Positions 28,199-38,182 of a stretch of 64,000 bases of DNA are shown here, piece by piece; position 1 is the stretch's first letter, and each line of letters opens with the position of its first letter. Position numbers and translations under genes: made by a program. This DNA comes from Candidatus Kerfeldbacteria bacterium (GTDB taxonomy: Bacteria > Patescibacteriota > Patescibacteriia > UBA9570 > XYC2-FULL-38-9), in NCBI GenBank assembly GCA_016182555.1, contig JACPGJ010000007.1:128053-192052 (forward strand), written 5' to 3'. The notes below the pieces were generated by a model, which was not told the DNA's origin, did no database searches, and worked only from the letters and a program-made list of their open reading frames with translations.

Positions 28199-30109
28199 TT
28201 ATTGTTGATTGTTTTGTTCTTCAAATTCTTTTTTACTCTGTTCCAACTCCAGTAACTGGCGTGGATCAGAAGTAATAATTTTATCTTCAACTGGAGAAGC
28301 CACTACTTGCATCGCCACATGTTTTGGACCAGCAAAGAAAATCCCCTGACCAACAGCACCTTCAAGTAATAAATATTTTTCTCCGTCGGTTAAAATAAAT
28401 GTTTTCTGAATCCGGTCAATAGAAGCGGGTGATTGTTTCAACAAAATTTGCATGGCAGAGTTGGTCACAATCGCTGCACCATAAGGTGAACGTAAAAAAT
28501 CGGCCACATCTTGGGTAATGGTAGTGACACCAAGGTAATACTTACGACAGCGTTTAACCAACGCATAAATAAATTTGGCAGAATCATCATTTTGCATCAA
28601 CCACCAAGCTTCGTCGATAACTAAAATTCGTTTTTTCAGTTCTGAACGAATCGTATTCCAAATATAATTCACAATCATGTAAATGGCGATCGGTTTCAAT
28701 TCGTCTTCTAAATCACGAACGGAAAATACCATCAGCTGATTAGTGGTATCGATATTCGTAGGCGAATTGAATAACCCGGCGAATGTACCAGTGACATATT
28801 TTTGTAACTTAATCACCATTTCTTCCGTGCCTTCAAACCCTTCCAAAATACTCAAGAAATCGGTCATGAGCGGCGGTTCAATGTTATGCAAGTCACTATC
28901 GGGTGTAATATCTTTTTTGGCGTAAGTTTCAATAAGCGCGCGATCCAGAATAGAATCTTCTGCGGCGCTGACTTTGCCCAACATAATACGCAGCATGCCT
29001 TTAATGGTAATCACTGCGGAACGAATAATATCCGCTGGGCGGTCTGCTCCACCAACGGGTTTTGGTAAATCAAACGGGTTAATTTTCACTTCGGAATTCA
29101 ACGAAATATTCATAAACGTTCCACCCACCGAATCAGATAAATGCTTATATTCATTTTCCGGGTCGATAATCATCACGTCCACGCCCAACATGAGTGAACG
29201 CAATACCTCTAACTTGACTGTATAACTTTTCCCGGCACCCGATGTGGCAAATACCACGGCATTGGCATTTTGCAAACTAAAACGATCAAACACAATCAAG
29301 CTACCGTTGTGGCGGTTCACGCCGTACATAATGCCATCGTCAGAAGTAAGATCCGAAGAAATAAATGGGAACGACGACGCGCACGGCGAAGAATTCATAT
29401 TAAAGAAAATCTCTAATTCATCCAAACCAATCGGCAGCGTGGAATTAAACCCTTGTTCGGCTTGATAATACACCCGTTTTGCCACCACCAACCGCGAACC
29501 AAACAAACTATCGAGTTGGTCTACACGGTCACTCAATTCTTTTTCATTGTCGGCATACACCGATACATAAAGCGCGTATTGAAAAAATTTCTCTGTTCCT
29601 TGGGTCAAGTCATCGCGCAGTTTTTCAATATCGCGCAGGGCTGTTTCTCGCAGCGGGTCACGCGGCGCTCCTTTTTCACGGTCAGAAAATAATTGCGCTT
29701 CCAGGGCACCCACTTTATTCTTCAACTGCTTCAAAATCACCTCTGCTTTTACCGGATAGAAAAACATACTAATATCTAATGCCGCATTCAGCAAAATAAT
29801 CGGTGCAAACCAACCCACGGCAATATACCGTGGATAGGTGACCACAAATAATGTACTCACCAATTTCCCACCCAAATCGACATGGCGCGCTTCCACGCTC
29901 ATTGCCGATGGTGCAATTAAATCCAGTACCGAAGTGACACCCTTGCGGTACACTTGTGCAGCCTGCAAAACGGACACTTCTTCTTTTTGTTGCTGGGCAG
30001 CAGGTAGCGGTGCGCTACTCGCTTGCGATTGCTGCTTCACCAATTCCTGAAAACTAAATTCGGGTGCTTTCGATTGTTGTGATGAACGATTTTTTAAAAA
30101 ATTAAACAT
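28199..30109 (-). CDS. VirB4-like T4SS ATPase
   Basis: YGVNRHNGSLIVFDRF, NAVVFATSGAGKSY (Walker A), IIDPENEY, INPFD, ILVIDEAW (Walker B), RKYYLG..TITQ. Confidence 0.9.
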   Translation of the reverse strand: MFNFLKNRSSQQSKAPEFSFQELVKQQSQASSAPLPAAQQQKEEVSVLQAAQVYRKGVTSVLDLIAPSAMSVEARHVDLGGKLVSTLFVVTYPRYIAVGWFAPIILLNAALDISMFFYPVKAEVILKQLKNKVGALEAQLFSDREKGAPRDPLRETALRDIEKLRDDLTQGTEKFFQYALYVSVYADNEKELSDRVDQLDSLFGSRLVVAKRVYYQAEQGFNSTLPIGLDELEIFFNMNSSPCASSFPFISSDLTSDDGIMYGVNRHNGSLIVFDRFSLQNANAVVFATSGAGKSYTVKLEVLRSLMLGVDVMIIDPENEYKHLSDSVGGTFMNISLNSEVKINPFDLPKPVGGADRPADIIRSAVITIKGMLRIMLGKVSAAEDSILDRALIETYAKKDITPDSDLHNIEPPLMTDFLSILEGFEGTEEMVIKLQKYVTGTFAGLFNSPTNIDTTNQLMVFSVRDLEDELKPIAIYMIVNYIWNTIRSELKKRILVIDEAWWLMQNDDSAKFIYALVKRCRKYYLGVTTITQDVADFLRSPYGAAIVTNSAMQILLKQSPASIDRIQKTFILTDGEKYLLLEGAVGQGIFFAGPKHVAMQVVASPVEDKIITSDPRQLLELEQSKKEFEEQNNQQ

Positions 30110-30114
30110 AGTGA

Positions 30115-30846
30115 TTACTGAATAGAGGTATCAATTTGCATCTGCGTCATATCTTCTATCCGACGTTTCTGTTTGGTGACCGGATTATAGGTATTATAAT
30201 ACAACTCAATCAATGCTTGTGTGTCCAAAATTTGTGTTTGCAAACTAATCGATTGTAATCCACTAATGACCACACTCAAACGACGCGCCATTTCTACTTT
30301 ATATTGTGCTAATTGGTCTTCATGGAGCTTCACAATGCTCGCCGGTGAAATAGTTTCCTGCAACCGCGACCAAAAATTTTTCTTTTTATTCGATGTCGGT
30401 GAAAATGGCACTATCACATAAAATTTCTTATCCATAATATCAGCTTCTTCCACTAATTTACTCACGAATGAACGATAAGAAAGCGTTTGTTTGCGCAACA
30501 GCTCATTCTCGTGCTGCCGCGCGAGGAGTTGCAACTTATCTAAATATTTTTCAATGTTGAGCTTTCTGGATTGAATCACCACTTGCAATGGAAAATCAAT
30601 GGTATTTAAAAACGATACATACCCTTGAATAATAGCGGTTTGCTCATCTTCAGATTTCAATGCAAAATTCAAACTCGAGACAAGAATAACTGTCCGCAGT
30701 GTTCCATCTTTCATAATCACAATGTCATCACGAATTTCGGCAAATGGCAGATGCTGCTGTGCAGATGGGAGCTGGCCGTTTTTTTTCTTCACCTGGCGAA
30801 CCGGCCGTTTTTTAATTTGTTTGATTGGTTTATTTTTTTTGCTCAT
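30115..30846 (-). CDS. T4SS-associated protein resembling a stand-alone VirB4 N-terminal region
   Basis: IRDDIVIMKDG...SSLNFALKSEDEQ...FLNTIDFPLQ, typically seen between PrgI and VirB4 in CPR clusters. Confidence 0.7.
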   Translation of the reverse strand: MSKKNKPIKQIKKRPVRQVKKKNGQLPSAQQHLPFAEIRDDIVIMKDGTLRTVILVSSLNFALKSEDEQTAIIQGYVSFLNTIDFPLQVVIQSRKLNIEKYLDKLQLLARQHENELLRKQTLSYRSFVSKLVEEADIMDKKFYVIVPFSPTSNKKKNFWSRLQETISPASIVKLHEDQLAQYKVEMARRLSVVISGLQSISLQTQILDTQALIELYYNTYNPVTKQKRRIEDMTQMQIDTSIQ

Positions 30847-30862
30847 ACCTCAACAAATGAAA

Positions 30863-31390
30863 TTAACGTTGCAACAAATTACTCCCTCCGACCGGAGCCG
30901 ATGATGCAGATGCTCCCCCGCCTCCTCCACTCGCCACAACTTTACTGGTTTTTGGTACGTTCTTCCCGGCACGCAATACATCTTCTGTTGCATACATTCC
31001 TCCGGTATCCACCATCAACGACATCGCTGCTAAATGCGATTGCGTAACCTCTTTCTGAATCGACTGCGCTTGCGTTGAGACAGCTGGTGTTGTTGCTTGC
31101 TGTTCTGAATAGGGAATGCGCGCCCAAAGTTTCAACCGTGGTCGGCGTAATGTTTGTACTAAATTTAATACGACATAGTGCATAGATTGCCCATTCACTT
31201 TTGCAAATGCCATTCCCCCGCCAATCATCACCGTTAACACCAGTGCCGGAATAAATAATACCAAAGATAAAATAGAATACCACAAAAATGCCACACCCAG
31301 AGTAATCAAAATAATCACAAATTGACGAGCAGAAATCGGACCAATAATTTTGGATTCAACTTCGATAAATTGTGGTACAACAAATTGCAT
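30863..31390 (-). CDS. PrgI family (VirB3-like) protein
   Basis: MQFVVPQFIEVESKIIGPISARQF followed by two TM helices and KVNGQ...RPRLKLW. Confidence 0.85.
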   Translation of the reverse strand: MQFVVPQFIEVESKIIGPISARQFVIILITLGVAFLWYSILSLVLFIPALVLTVMIGGGMAFAKVNGQSMHYVVLNLVQTLRRPRLKLWARIPYSEQQATTPAVSTQAQSIQKEVTQSHLAAMSLMVDTGGMYATEDVLRAGKNVPKTSKVVASGGGGGASASSAPVGGSNLLQR

Positions 31391-31411
31391 ATCGTACGTG
31401 TAGTGTAGCAG

Positions 31412-33403
31412 TTAATAACGAAGCTGGCGATTCAAATCGGAGATGGCATCAAATTCCGCTTGCATGAGCGTGTCTTTTCCGCTTTGCGCCCATTGACGAA
31501 TAATCTCTTCCACTGGCACTGTTTTTTCTAAACTTTCTTTTCCAATAGATAAATACAGTTGGTGCAGTGGACTCGCAAACCACGCTTGCATGCCTTCCGC
31601 TTTTTTCGATAACGATTCTTCTTCCAGTAAAGCCAGTTTATCAATAATATGTTTGGCGGCGTCTTGTGGTTGTTCAGCAAGGCGGCGGAAATCTTCCAGA
31701 TTCATATTTTGTAATTCTTCGAGTGGACCCATCACCACTGGCTGTGCGGCTTCTTGACTGTCATGCGAAAAAGATGCCCCCGATTGTGCTGCAGCAAATT
31801 GTCCCGGATGAACAATATCGGTCATGATTGATTTTTTATTTGTGTTATTCATATCCATTGTATCAAAAATAGGGTTCATATTGGCGAACATATCTTCGAC
31901 CATAATATGAGCACTTGCTTGTTCCTCCGCACGCTTGGCATCATGTTTTTTTTGACGGTCAATCTGTTCTTGCACCATGGCAAGAGTGGGGGCAAATATG
32001 TTTGAAGGTTGCGTTGTCTTCACCCGTTTAGTTTCTTTGCCGCCCTGCAAGGCTTGTTGATACAATTCATCAGCCGTGTGCAAAATGGTATCTACTTGTG
32101 CAGCGGGAATATTCACTCCCCCTTCTTGTGAAGGCCGGGTCAATGCATCGCGTGCCTCTGGTTTGCTGCGCACTCCCCGCAAATACGACACGACAATACT
32201 CAAAAACCGTTTTTCTAATTCCAGCGATTCAAATAACAATTTGTATTCACCTAACACATGTTGGGCGACCGTATGATATTGGTGATCGCTCAACAATAAT
32301 GGAGATTCAGCAACATCAGTAACAGCGGGGGTAGACACAACTGGCAGTGGAGGCACAGGCATTGGTGGGAGTGGTTGGGGTGTTGGAAGCTGAGGCAATG
32401 GGAGTGGCGAAGCTGGCGGCTGCACTGTTTTCTTTGGTGGAGGGGGGAGCGGCATCGGTGGCAGTGGAGGCACAGGAGCAACAGTCTTTTCTTCTCCAAT
32501 AACCACTGGTTGGGCATACATTTTTACCGCTTTCTTTACTTGTTTGGAAATAGGAAGCGGTTTGCCGTGGTCGTCTAACCCCGCCAAAAAACGCATAGCC
32601 TTTAACTCCGGCTCTGGTATGGGAACATGGGTATCTTCGACCACCCCCATATCAAAAAGATGCACCGTTCCGGTGACCGGGTCATCAAAATAAAACGTCG
32701 ATTCAGAACCTTCCGGTGTTTTAGAGGAGAGTGATAATTTATGGTCAAACTTTAACAAATGTTCAATGCGTTCTTTATCATCAGCGGACAGGGCTTGTAC
32801 ATTTTTACTGGAATTCATGTACTCCACAATCAACAACGGTTCTGGTTTACGGGTCGCTAAAAATTCTTTCCAATCGTGAAGCCAGCTGGCGATACTTGGT
32901 TCCACTGTCGTTGTCCCAATGGTGATATCTGTTTTACCAATATGTGCAGTCGACCGTGACAATGCTTCACGATATTTCTGCTTTACCACATCACGCTCAC
33001 CATAATCATCAATAATCAACAACCGACGTTTCAATTTGCGCAAAATCTCTTCGAAGTCTTTTTTAAATAGCCCTTCTCCATGGCGTGAAAGAACATTTTC
33101 CACTTCCGTTGGCGCTAAATCACCAATCACAAACCATTTCGCTTCGGCCATCACCGTTTCTAATTCTGCATAGAGACCCGGTTGTTGTTTGTCTAGCTCC
33201 GGATACTTCGTGCTGATAAGCTTTTGAATACTATTCACCAAATGAAATACTGTATCATTATCGTTATCGTCCAACGCCGTATTCAAAGCATGAATGGCTT
33301 TATTGATTCCATCTGGTGTATTCAATTCAAAAGATTCCAGTGGTCGGGCAATGGGTGGTACGGCTGGTGCTGTTGGCATATTTTTTTGTATTGGTGTATC
33401 CAT
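31412..33403 (-). CDS. Hypothetical proline-rich protein of the T4SS-like cluster
   Basis: 663-aa ORF with a central poly-Pro tract and C-terminal GPLEELQNMNLEDFRRL...W.ASPL..LY...L...EFDAISDLN. Confidence 0.7.
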   Translation of the reverse strand: MDTPIQKNMPTAPAVPPIARPLESFELNTPDGINKAIHALNTALDDNDNDTVFHLVNSIQKLISTKYPELDKQQPGLYAELETVMAEAKWFVIGDLAPTEVENVLSRHGEGLFKKDFEEILRKLKRRLLIIDDYGERDVVKQKYREALSRSTAHIGKTDITIGTTTVEPSIASWLHDWKEFLATRKPEPLLIVEYMNSSKNVQALSADDKERIEHLLKFDHKLSLSSKTPEGSESTFYFDDPVTGTVHLFDMGVVEDTHVPIPEPELKAMRFLAGLDDHGKPLPISKQVKKAVKMYAQPVVIGEEKTVAPVPPLPPMPLPPPPKKTVQPPASPLPLPQLPTPQPLPPMPVPPLPVVSTPAVTDVAESPLLLSDHQYHTVAQHVLGEYKLLFESLELEKRFLSIVVSYLRGVRSKPEARDALTRPSQEGGVNIPAAQVDTILHTADELYQQALQGGKETKRVKTTQPSNIFAPTLAMVQEQIDRQKKHDAKRAEEQASAHIMVEDMFANMNPIFDTMDMNNTNKKSIMTDIVHPGQFAAAQSGASFSHDSQEAAQPVVMGPLEELQNMNLEDFRRLAEQPQDAAKHIIDKLALLEEESLSKKAEGMQAWFASPLHQLYLSIGKESLEKTVPVEEIIRQWAQSGKDTLMQAEFDAISDLNRQLRY

Positions 33404-33446
33404 AGGTTCAATGGCGCATGTAAATTATGGTTGTTGTCTACGGCGT

Positions 33447-36400
33447 TTATTCCTCGTCACTTATAATATTATTTTTTTTGTTTTTATTGGATTGAGTGAA
33501 GACTCCATCACGTACCGCGCGAATAAATTCTTCCGGTACACCTAAATTTTTTAAATTCTCTGGATCGGATGCATCGCTATGTTTAGCAATATAGTCACGA
33601 ATACGCTGACGCGTTAATTCTTTCAACCACCGGAAACCCGTTTCGTAGGAATAATCGTGGCCGTAGCGAATCAATTTCTGAATATCGCTTGGAGCGAGTG
33701 TTGTATCATTACCTTCTACGACACCAAAAACGGTATTGGCCACATTGCTTGCCTGCCGCCTGTTAATACCACCAGCTTGTAGAGCCGCCCGTTCATCCTT
33801 CCCGCGCGGACGCATCACTCCAGCAGCGTTTGAAACGTATGCCGCATCCAAATCAATATTGTCGTCAGTAAATTTTGCCACTAACTTCTGCATATAACGC
33901 ATAGATTCTTGATCACTCATTCCTAACTCCTCCTTTAAATGGTGGGTACGGAATGCTTCCATGGCGCCGTGTCCGGACCCTGCATGCGCGCGGGCATCTG
34001 CATTATCACTTTGACGCAAATACTGGTCAAAACCGAACCATAATAACCCGCCCGTTTCTTGCAAGCGTTTGTGCACCGCTTCGGCCAAATATCGATTTTT
34101 TTCTTTTTTGGCACGAGTTAAATAACCCATCAATTCTGTACCATCATCAATATTCTGCACTTGCTGGTACTGTTCATCTACCAATTTTTTGTGTTCAGGG
34201 TTACTCGTGTGTCGGCGTGCTTCCAATGTTGCAGACTCAGCCGTTGCGGCAACCAGTTGGCGTTCGCGTTCTGATAATTCATTATCTAAAATACTTCCTG
34301 CATTGTCGAAGAAATCAGCCGTTGCCGGATCAATAACATGCACGTCATGTTGATCATCATTACGTCGAACATACTCGTTTTTCACTTTATTCAATGAGCT
34401 ATTTAATGCTCCTGTTAAACCTAAACGTAGTGCCCCTGGCGCATAGGAGCCATGTTGCTTAAATAATTTTTTAGAATTAATACTTCCCTCACGCAACGCC
34501 TGTTGCACACGTTCAATTTGAGCTTGAAGAGCCGTCTTATCCTCCGGGGTAGTCGCTGCGGCTAAATCTGTTTTCAATTGTGCAATAAGATCTTGAATAA
34601 ACCGACGAACTGGCTCAATAGTCGTATCCAATCTGGTATCTGCGTCTGACATGACACCAGATCGCATATTTAATAAACTCCTTGTGTGCTCATCTTGTGA
34701 ACGATAATTTTTATTATAATCTTCCAAACGTTTCTTTTGATCATAGAGCCCCTCATCCAACTTATACATATCTGCTCCAAAACGGCGCTCTAACTCTGCA
34801 TCAATATCCGCCTCTGAAGGGGGTGGTGTTCCTGCTCTTTGCGCTGCAGCAGTTAATTCTGCGGCGAGTTCTGGTCTGGCTTTCTGTTTATTTTTTCTAA
34901 TCTTTCTTCTCATCAAAAGACCAAAAGAATTTTCTGCTTTATCGGCTAACCGTTTATATGTTCGTAGACTTAATGGATCATAATCTTCATATACCTTTAC
35001 GGCATCATCAGATGTCACCCCAATGCCAATGCCGGTCAAATTATCCATACTGGCAAATGCACCGTTCATATAGCCATGGCCCATAATATCACGATCCGCC
35101 ATCCCTCTCGCCCTCTTCTTAGATTCATTCAAAAAGACTTCCTGTTTTCGTTCGCTGGCTTTAGAAACGCCCGTTTTCAAATTCTTCCACGCTTTGCCAG
35201 GGTCGGAAAGCACGGTATTGGTAAAATGAGAAAAGTTATCGAGTGGTTGTAACACGTTGGAAGCAAATCGCGATGCACCACGTGCTCTAGCGGAACGATC
35301 GTCATCACTGGCAATGGCATCCAGCCGGCCACGGGCGCTTGACAATGCACGACCAGCCAGATATTGCTGATTGAGACGATAGCTGGCTTGACGAGCTGCA
35401 CCCAATAACTTCCCCGCTCCTTGGCGCACTTGGCTAAGCTGTTTCGTAAATTCTGTGGCCATCTCGTTCACCATTTTCAAAGACGCGGCTAACATCAACA
35501 TCATGACAATGTAATTCACAATGGTGGCCGGCGTTACGGCCCGCAACTGGCCGGTTTCTGGTGATTTCGAATACGTAGCAGGTAGCTGGGTTTGCACCTT
35601 TTCGTCAAACGCTCCATTTAAGGGTGACCCATTGTACCCATACGCCGTATCGGCCTGTGTGCCATACGCAATAGAAAGAGACAACCATAAGAAAAATGTA
35701 ATGAGGGGGCCAACGATGACATAACGCCCAAACATATCCCACCATTTTTGCGCAATACGGCTTTGGGTTTGGGGTAAAATGCGCCCAATCCAGGCAAGCG
35801 GAGAAATGGATATGAGAAACCAGAGCATGACGATGCGGAAAATGAGCGTCACCACATAGACCGTAAGAATAATGGAAAGCCCGGTTAACATGAAACCCGC
35901 AGCGGCAAAACCAGCAATCAAAAACGGTAACCCCTTAAGATCACTAACTACGGAATCTGAATCTCCTAAAGATAAATCCAATATTGATGCCGGGTTCAAA
36001 ACACCCAAAATATTTCGCCCAATCGCATTGCTAAACGAGCCGCCAAACGTGGCCATGGCAACTGTCGCCGCATCGGTGAATACGCCACAAATCGTACGGG
36101 AAAAATTGATTAAAATAGCCGCAATAATAAAATCAGGTAGCGTTTTTTTCCACGAATATTTTTCAATACGCAACACCGTACCTAAAGCGATGATGATAAG
36201 AATCATGGAGAAAAAAATGTTGCAAACATCACGCACCAGCTTCCATGACGTTACGACACCGGGGACATTCACAAATGCGGAGCGCGCATCTGCGCCGATG
36301 AATACGGATTGCCAGACATCGCCGTAGGGGTAGGTAATAACAATATCTAAAATAAAAGCGAGAATCATAGCAATAATCCCATTGATCATAATGGGAACAT

Positions 36401-36671
36401 AGTAAATAAATGCAAGAATCACGCGTGCCACTGAACCAATAATGCCGCTTGACTGCGCATATACCACCGGCACTCCGTTAAACGACATGATTATACCGGC
36501 AATACTGAGGCCAACGATACACACCCCGCCCCAATAAGCGGTTTTTTTGAAAATTCTGCGTGTTTTTTGTTGAGAGAGATAAAAAAATACCCGTACTTTT
36601 GGAAAATACTGGACTGTTTTGCTGCCTATCGTGCGGCAAAAATTGATAATACGCTGGTAAAACCGATTCAT
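33447..36671 (-). CDS. VirB6/TrbL-like polytopic membrane protein with a long soluble C-terminal extension
   Basis: WKLVRDVCNIFF, AAILINFSRTI, FRIVMLWFLISISPLAW, KWW..F, then about 650 aa of charged helical tail. Confidence 0.78.
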   Translation of the reverse strand: MNRFYQRIINFCRTIGSKTVQYFPKVRVFFYLSQQKTRRIFKKTAYWGGVCIVGLSIAGIIMSFNGVPVVYAQSSGIIGSVARVILAFIYYVPIMINGIIAMILAFILDIVITYPYGDVWQSVFIGADARSAFVNVPGVVTSWKLVRDVCNIFFSMILIIIALGTVLRIEKYSWKKTLPDFIIAAILINFSRTICGVFTDAATVAMATFGGSFSNAIGRNILGVLNPASILDLSLGDSDSVVSDLKGLPFLIAGFAAAGFMLTGLSIILTVYVVTLIFRIVMLWFLISISPLAWIGRILPQTQSRIAQKWWDMFGRYVIVGPLITFFLWLSLSIAYGTQADTAYGYNGSPLNGAFDEKVQTQLPATYSKSPETGQLRAVTPATIVNYIVMMLMLAASLKMVNEMATEFTKQLSQVRQGAGKLLGAARQASYRLNQQYLAGRALSSARGRLDAIASDDDRSARARGASRFASNVLQPLDNFSHFTNTVLSDPGKAWKNLKTGVSKASERKQEVFLNESKKRARGMADRDIMGHGYMNGAFASMDNLTGIGIGVTSDDAVKVYEDYDPLSLRTYKRLADKAENSFGLLMRRKIRKNKQKARPELAAELTAAAQRAGTPPPSEADIDAELERRFGADMYKLDEGLYDQKKRLEDYNKNYRSQDEHTRSLLNMRSGVMSDADTRLDTTIEPVRRFIQDLIAQLKTDLAAATTPEDKTALQAQIERVQQALREGSINSKKLFKQHGSYAPGALRLGLTGALNSSLNKVKNEYVRRNDDQHDVHVIDPATADFFDNAGSILDNELSERERQLVAATAESATLEARRHTSNPEHKKLVDEQYQQVQNIDDGTELMGYLTRAKKEKNRYLAEAVHKRLQETGGLLWFGFDQYLRQSDNADARAHAGSGHGAMEAFRTHHLKEELGMSDQESMRYMQKLVAKFTDDNIDLDAAYVSNAAGVMRPRGKDERAALQAGGINRRQASNVANTVFGVVEGNDTTLAPSDIQKLIRYGHDYSYETGFRWLKELTRQRIRDYIAKHSDASDPENLKNLGVPEEFIRAVRDGVFTQSNKNKKNNIISDEE

Positions 36672-36791
36672 TTTTGGGTCATCACTGCTGTTTGTACAGC
36701 ATCTAAAATACGAATTAATGACTATTTCATTATATCATATTCTTGAGTTTTTTGCCACATCAGATTTGGGGAAACCTGTTTAAATGATGTA

Positions 36792-36831
36792 TTTTTGACA
36801 TATTTGGAAGGGTGTGCACAACACATGCGCA
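36792..36831 (+). repeat. 40-bp island repeat, copy 1
   Basis: TTTTTGACATATTTGGAAGGGTGTGCACAACACATGCGCA; 34/40 identical to copy 3. Confidence 0.85.
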
Positions 36832-36862
36832 AAAATGGAAAACATGGAAAACCACCATGCAG

Positions 36863-36891
36863 TTGACAGCAAAAACAGTCTTAAGTATTAT
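36863..36891 (+). promoter_or_regulatory. Near-consensus sigma70 promoter for the ncRNA
   Basis: TTGACA-17 nt-TATTAT. Confidence 0.75.
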
Positions 36892-36898
36892 TATCGTA

Positions 36899-37030
36899 GA
36901 AGCATGCAGTAACAACTTACGGGACACCCTTAGTGTTCCCTTGGCCTTGCTGAGGCTTAAGCTGAGGATACATGTGGCCTGTAAGACGCTGCTTCAATAA
37001 AATACTCAATCCAGAACGGTTGAGTTTTTT
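36899..37030 (+). ncRNA. Candidate ~130-nt structured non-coding RNA convergent on the DUF3800 gene
   Basis: Rod-like fold 36899-36995 (GAAGCA/TGCTTC, CTTACGGG/CCTGTAAG, CCTTAGT/GCTGAGG, GGCCTT/GAGGCT), with a promoter upstream and a terminator downstream. Confidence 0.65.
37004..37030 (+). terminator. Intrinsic terminator
   Basis: ACTCAATC-CAGAAC-GGTTGAGT followed by a T run. Confidence 0.7.
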
Positions 37031-37047
37031 GTTTACCTAAAATTTTT

Positions 37048-37692
37048 CTATAAAAAAAGCTGCTTTCCTTTCACTATTTTATTCTGCAAAATAGCATAAA
37101 ATTCTTTGCCGAGCGATTTATTGTTCACATACGCTGCTAACGCACCGGTAATCCAATCGGCGATTTGTATATTCACGTGTTGATCAGATTCGAGCATCTT
37201 CACAGCAATACGTGATCCGAGCGGTATACGTGAAAGTATTCTCGCATAAATAAATTTACAAAATTCTTGCTGATGCATATCTTTTAAATGACGTTTGTCA
37301 CAATAAATGTAGAGTTCTTTTGTTTCTATAGGAAAATATAAATCGATATTTTGCGTCACGATTTCCGCATAAAGATATCCACTTTTCAGCTGTCGTTTAT
37401 ACCAAAATTCCTGTGGGATATCTTTGTGAGAAACAATGGTATAGCAAATACGAATATCTAAATCCGCAATGTGCTGTATAGTTTTTAATCGTAATTTTTG
37501 ACTAATCTCACAATCATTGAACTTGATCTCCATTTTATAACGTCTATTTATTGGAAAATGTTTGCGTTGCCATGTATGAAAACTTTTGGCGGTTTGTTTT
37601 GGATTTGTTGTCGAAAAAGAACCAATAACAAAATATGGCTGTTGGGGATTTTTTGTTAATTGACCACTTTCATCTAAAAATATTGCGTACAT
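37048..37692 (-). CDS. DUF3800 family protein (predicted RNase H-like fold)
   Basis: N-terminal IFLDESG, EIKF, central IYCDKR, C-terminal S....NIQIADWITGA (QxxD). Confidence 0.88.
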   Translation of the reverse strand: MYAIFLDESGQLTKNPQQPYFVIGSFSTTNPKQTAKSFHTWQRKHFPINRRYKMEIKFNDCEISQKLRLKTIQHIADLDIRICYTIVSHKDIPQEFWYKRQLKSGYLYAEIVTQNIDLYFPIETKELYIYCDKRHLKDMHQQEFCKFIYARILSRIPLGSRIAVKMLESDQHVNIQIADWITGALAAYVNNKSLGKEFYAILQNKIVKGKQLFL

Positions 37693-37762
37693 AAAATAAA
37701 AACACGGCCTAGGGAAGGCGTGTCCAACGCTGCTATTTTACCATGATGTACGCTTGAGTCAA
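37693..37762 (-). promoter_or_regulatory. Promoter plus terminator-like leader hairpin of the DUF3800 gene
   Basis: TTGACT-16-TAAAAT (TGG-extended), then TTGGACACG-CCTTCCCTAGGC-CGTGT-TTTTATTTT-ATG. Confidence 0.6.
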
Positions 37763-37813
37763 ACACACTATTAAAAAGAAAAACCTCTAGTGCGCTGATT
37801 CAATAAACCGGCT

Positions 37814-38182
37814 TCACATTTTGAAGAGTACCCACTTTTCGTTTTTCTTTTTGAATGGTGGGAAGAGGCTGAGTACAAACGTTATCGGAATCATGAGGTA
37901 GTAATATTGCCATTCAACGTTTATTTGATACGCCACAATAACCGCACCAATCAATACGCAGATGATGAAATAATTCAATCTATTTTTGTATAACTCTTCG
38001 CGAATGCTCAGTATGTCGCTATTTTTACCATAAAAAGGAACAAGGAGAATAACCATCCAGAAACACGCTTGCAATGCCGTAAACAGATCACTATTATTTT
38101 TTTTATAGATAAAAATACATACGAGCAAATAGATGTTTGCGGCAATAAAACGCACTTTATTTCGTTGAATATTTTTCCACAT
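37814..38182 (-). CDS. Small 4-TM membrane protein (immunity-like)
   Basis: AT-rich ORF with four hydrophobic segments and a Lys-rich tail; last gene of the array. Confidence 0.6.
   Translation of the reverse strand: MWKNIQRNKVRFIAANIYLLVCIFIYKKNNSDLFTALQACFWMVILLVPFYGKNSDILSIREELYKNRLNYFIICVLIGAVIVAYQINVEWQYYYLMIPITFVLSLFPPFKKKNEKWVLFKM

Noticed and set aside
36899-36995. SRP (4.5S) RNA or tRNA identity for the rod-shaped RNA
   Set aside because: It lacks the SRP helix-8 GGAA-loop motif and has no cloverleaf. 6S RNA is not fully excluded, but the RNA is short and lacks a large central bubble.
36812-37000. 62-aa ORF over the ncRNA candidate
   Set aside because: It spans the repeat and promoter and has no protein-like features; the RNA fold with promoter and terminator explains the region better.
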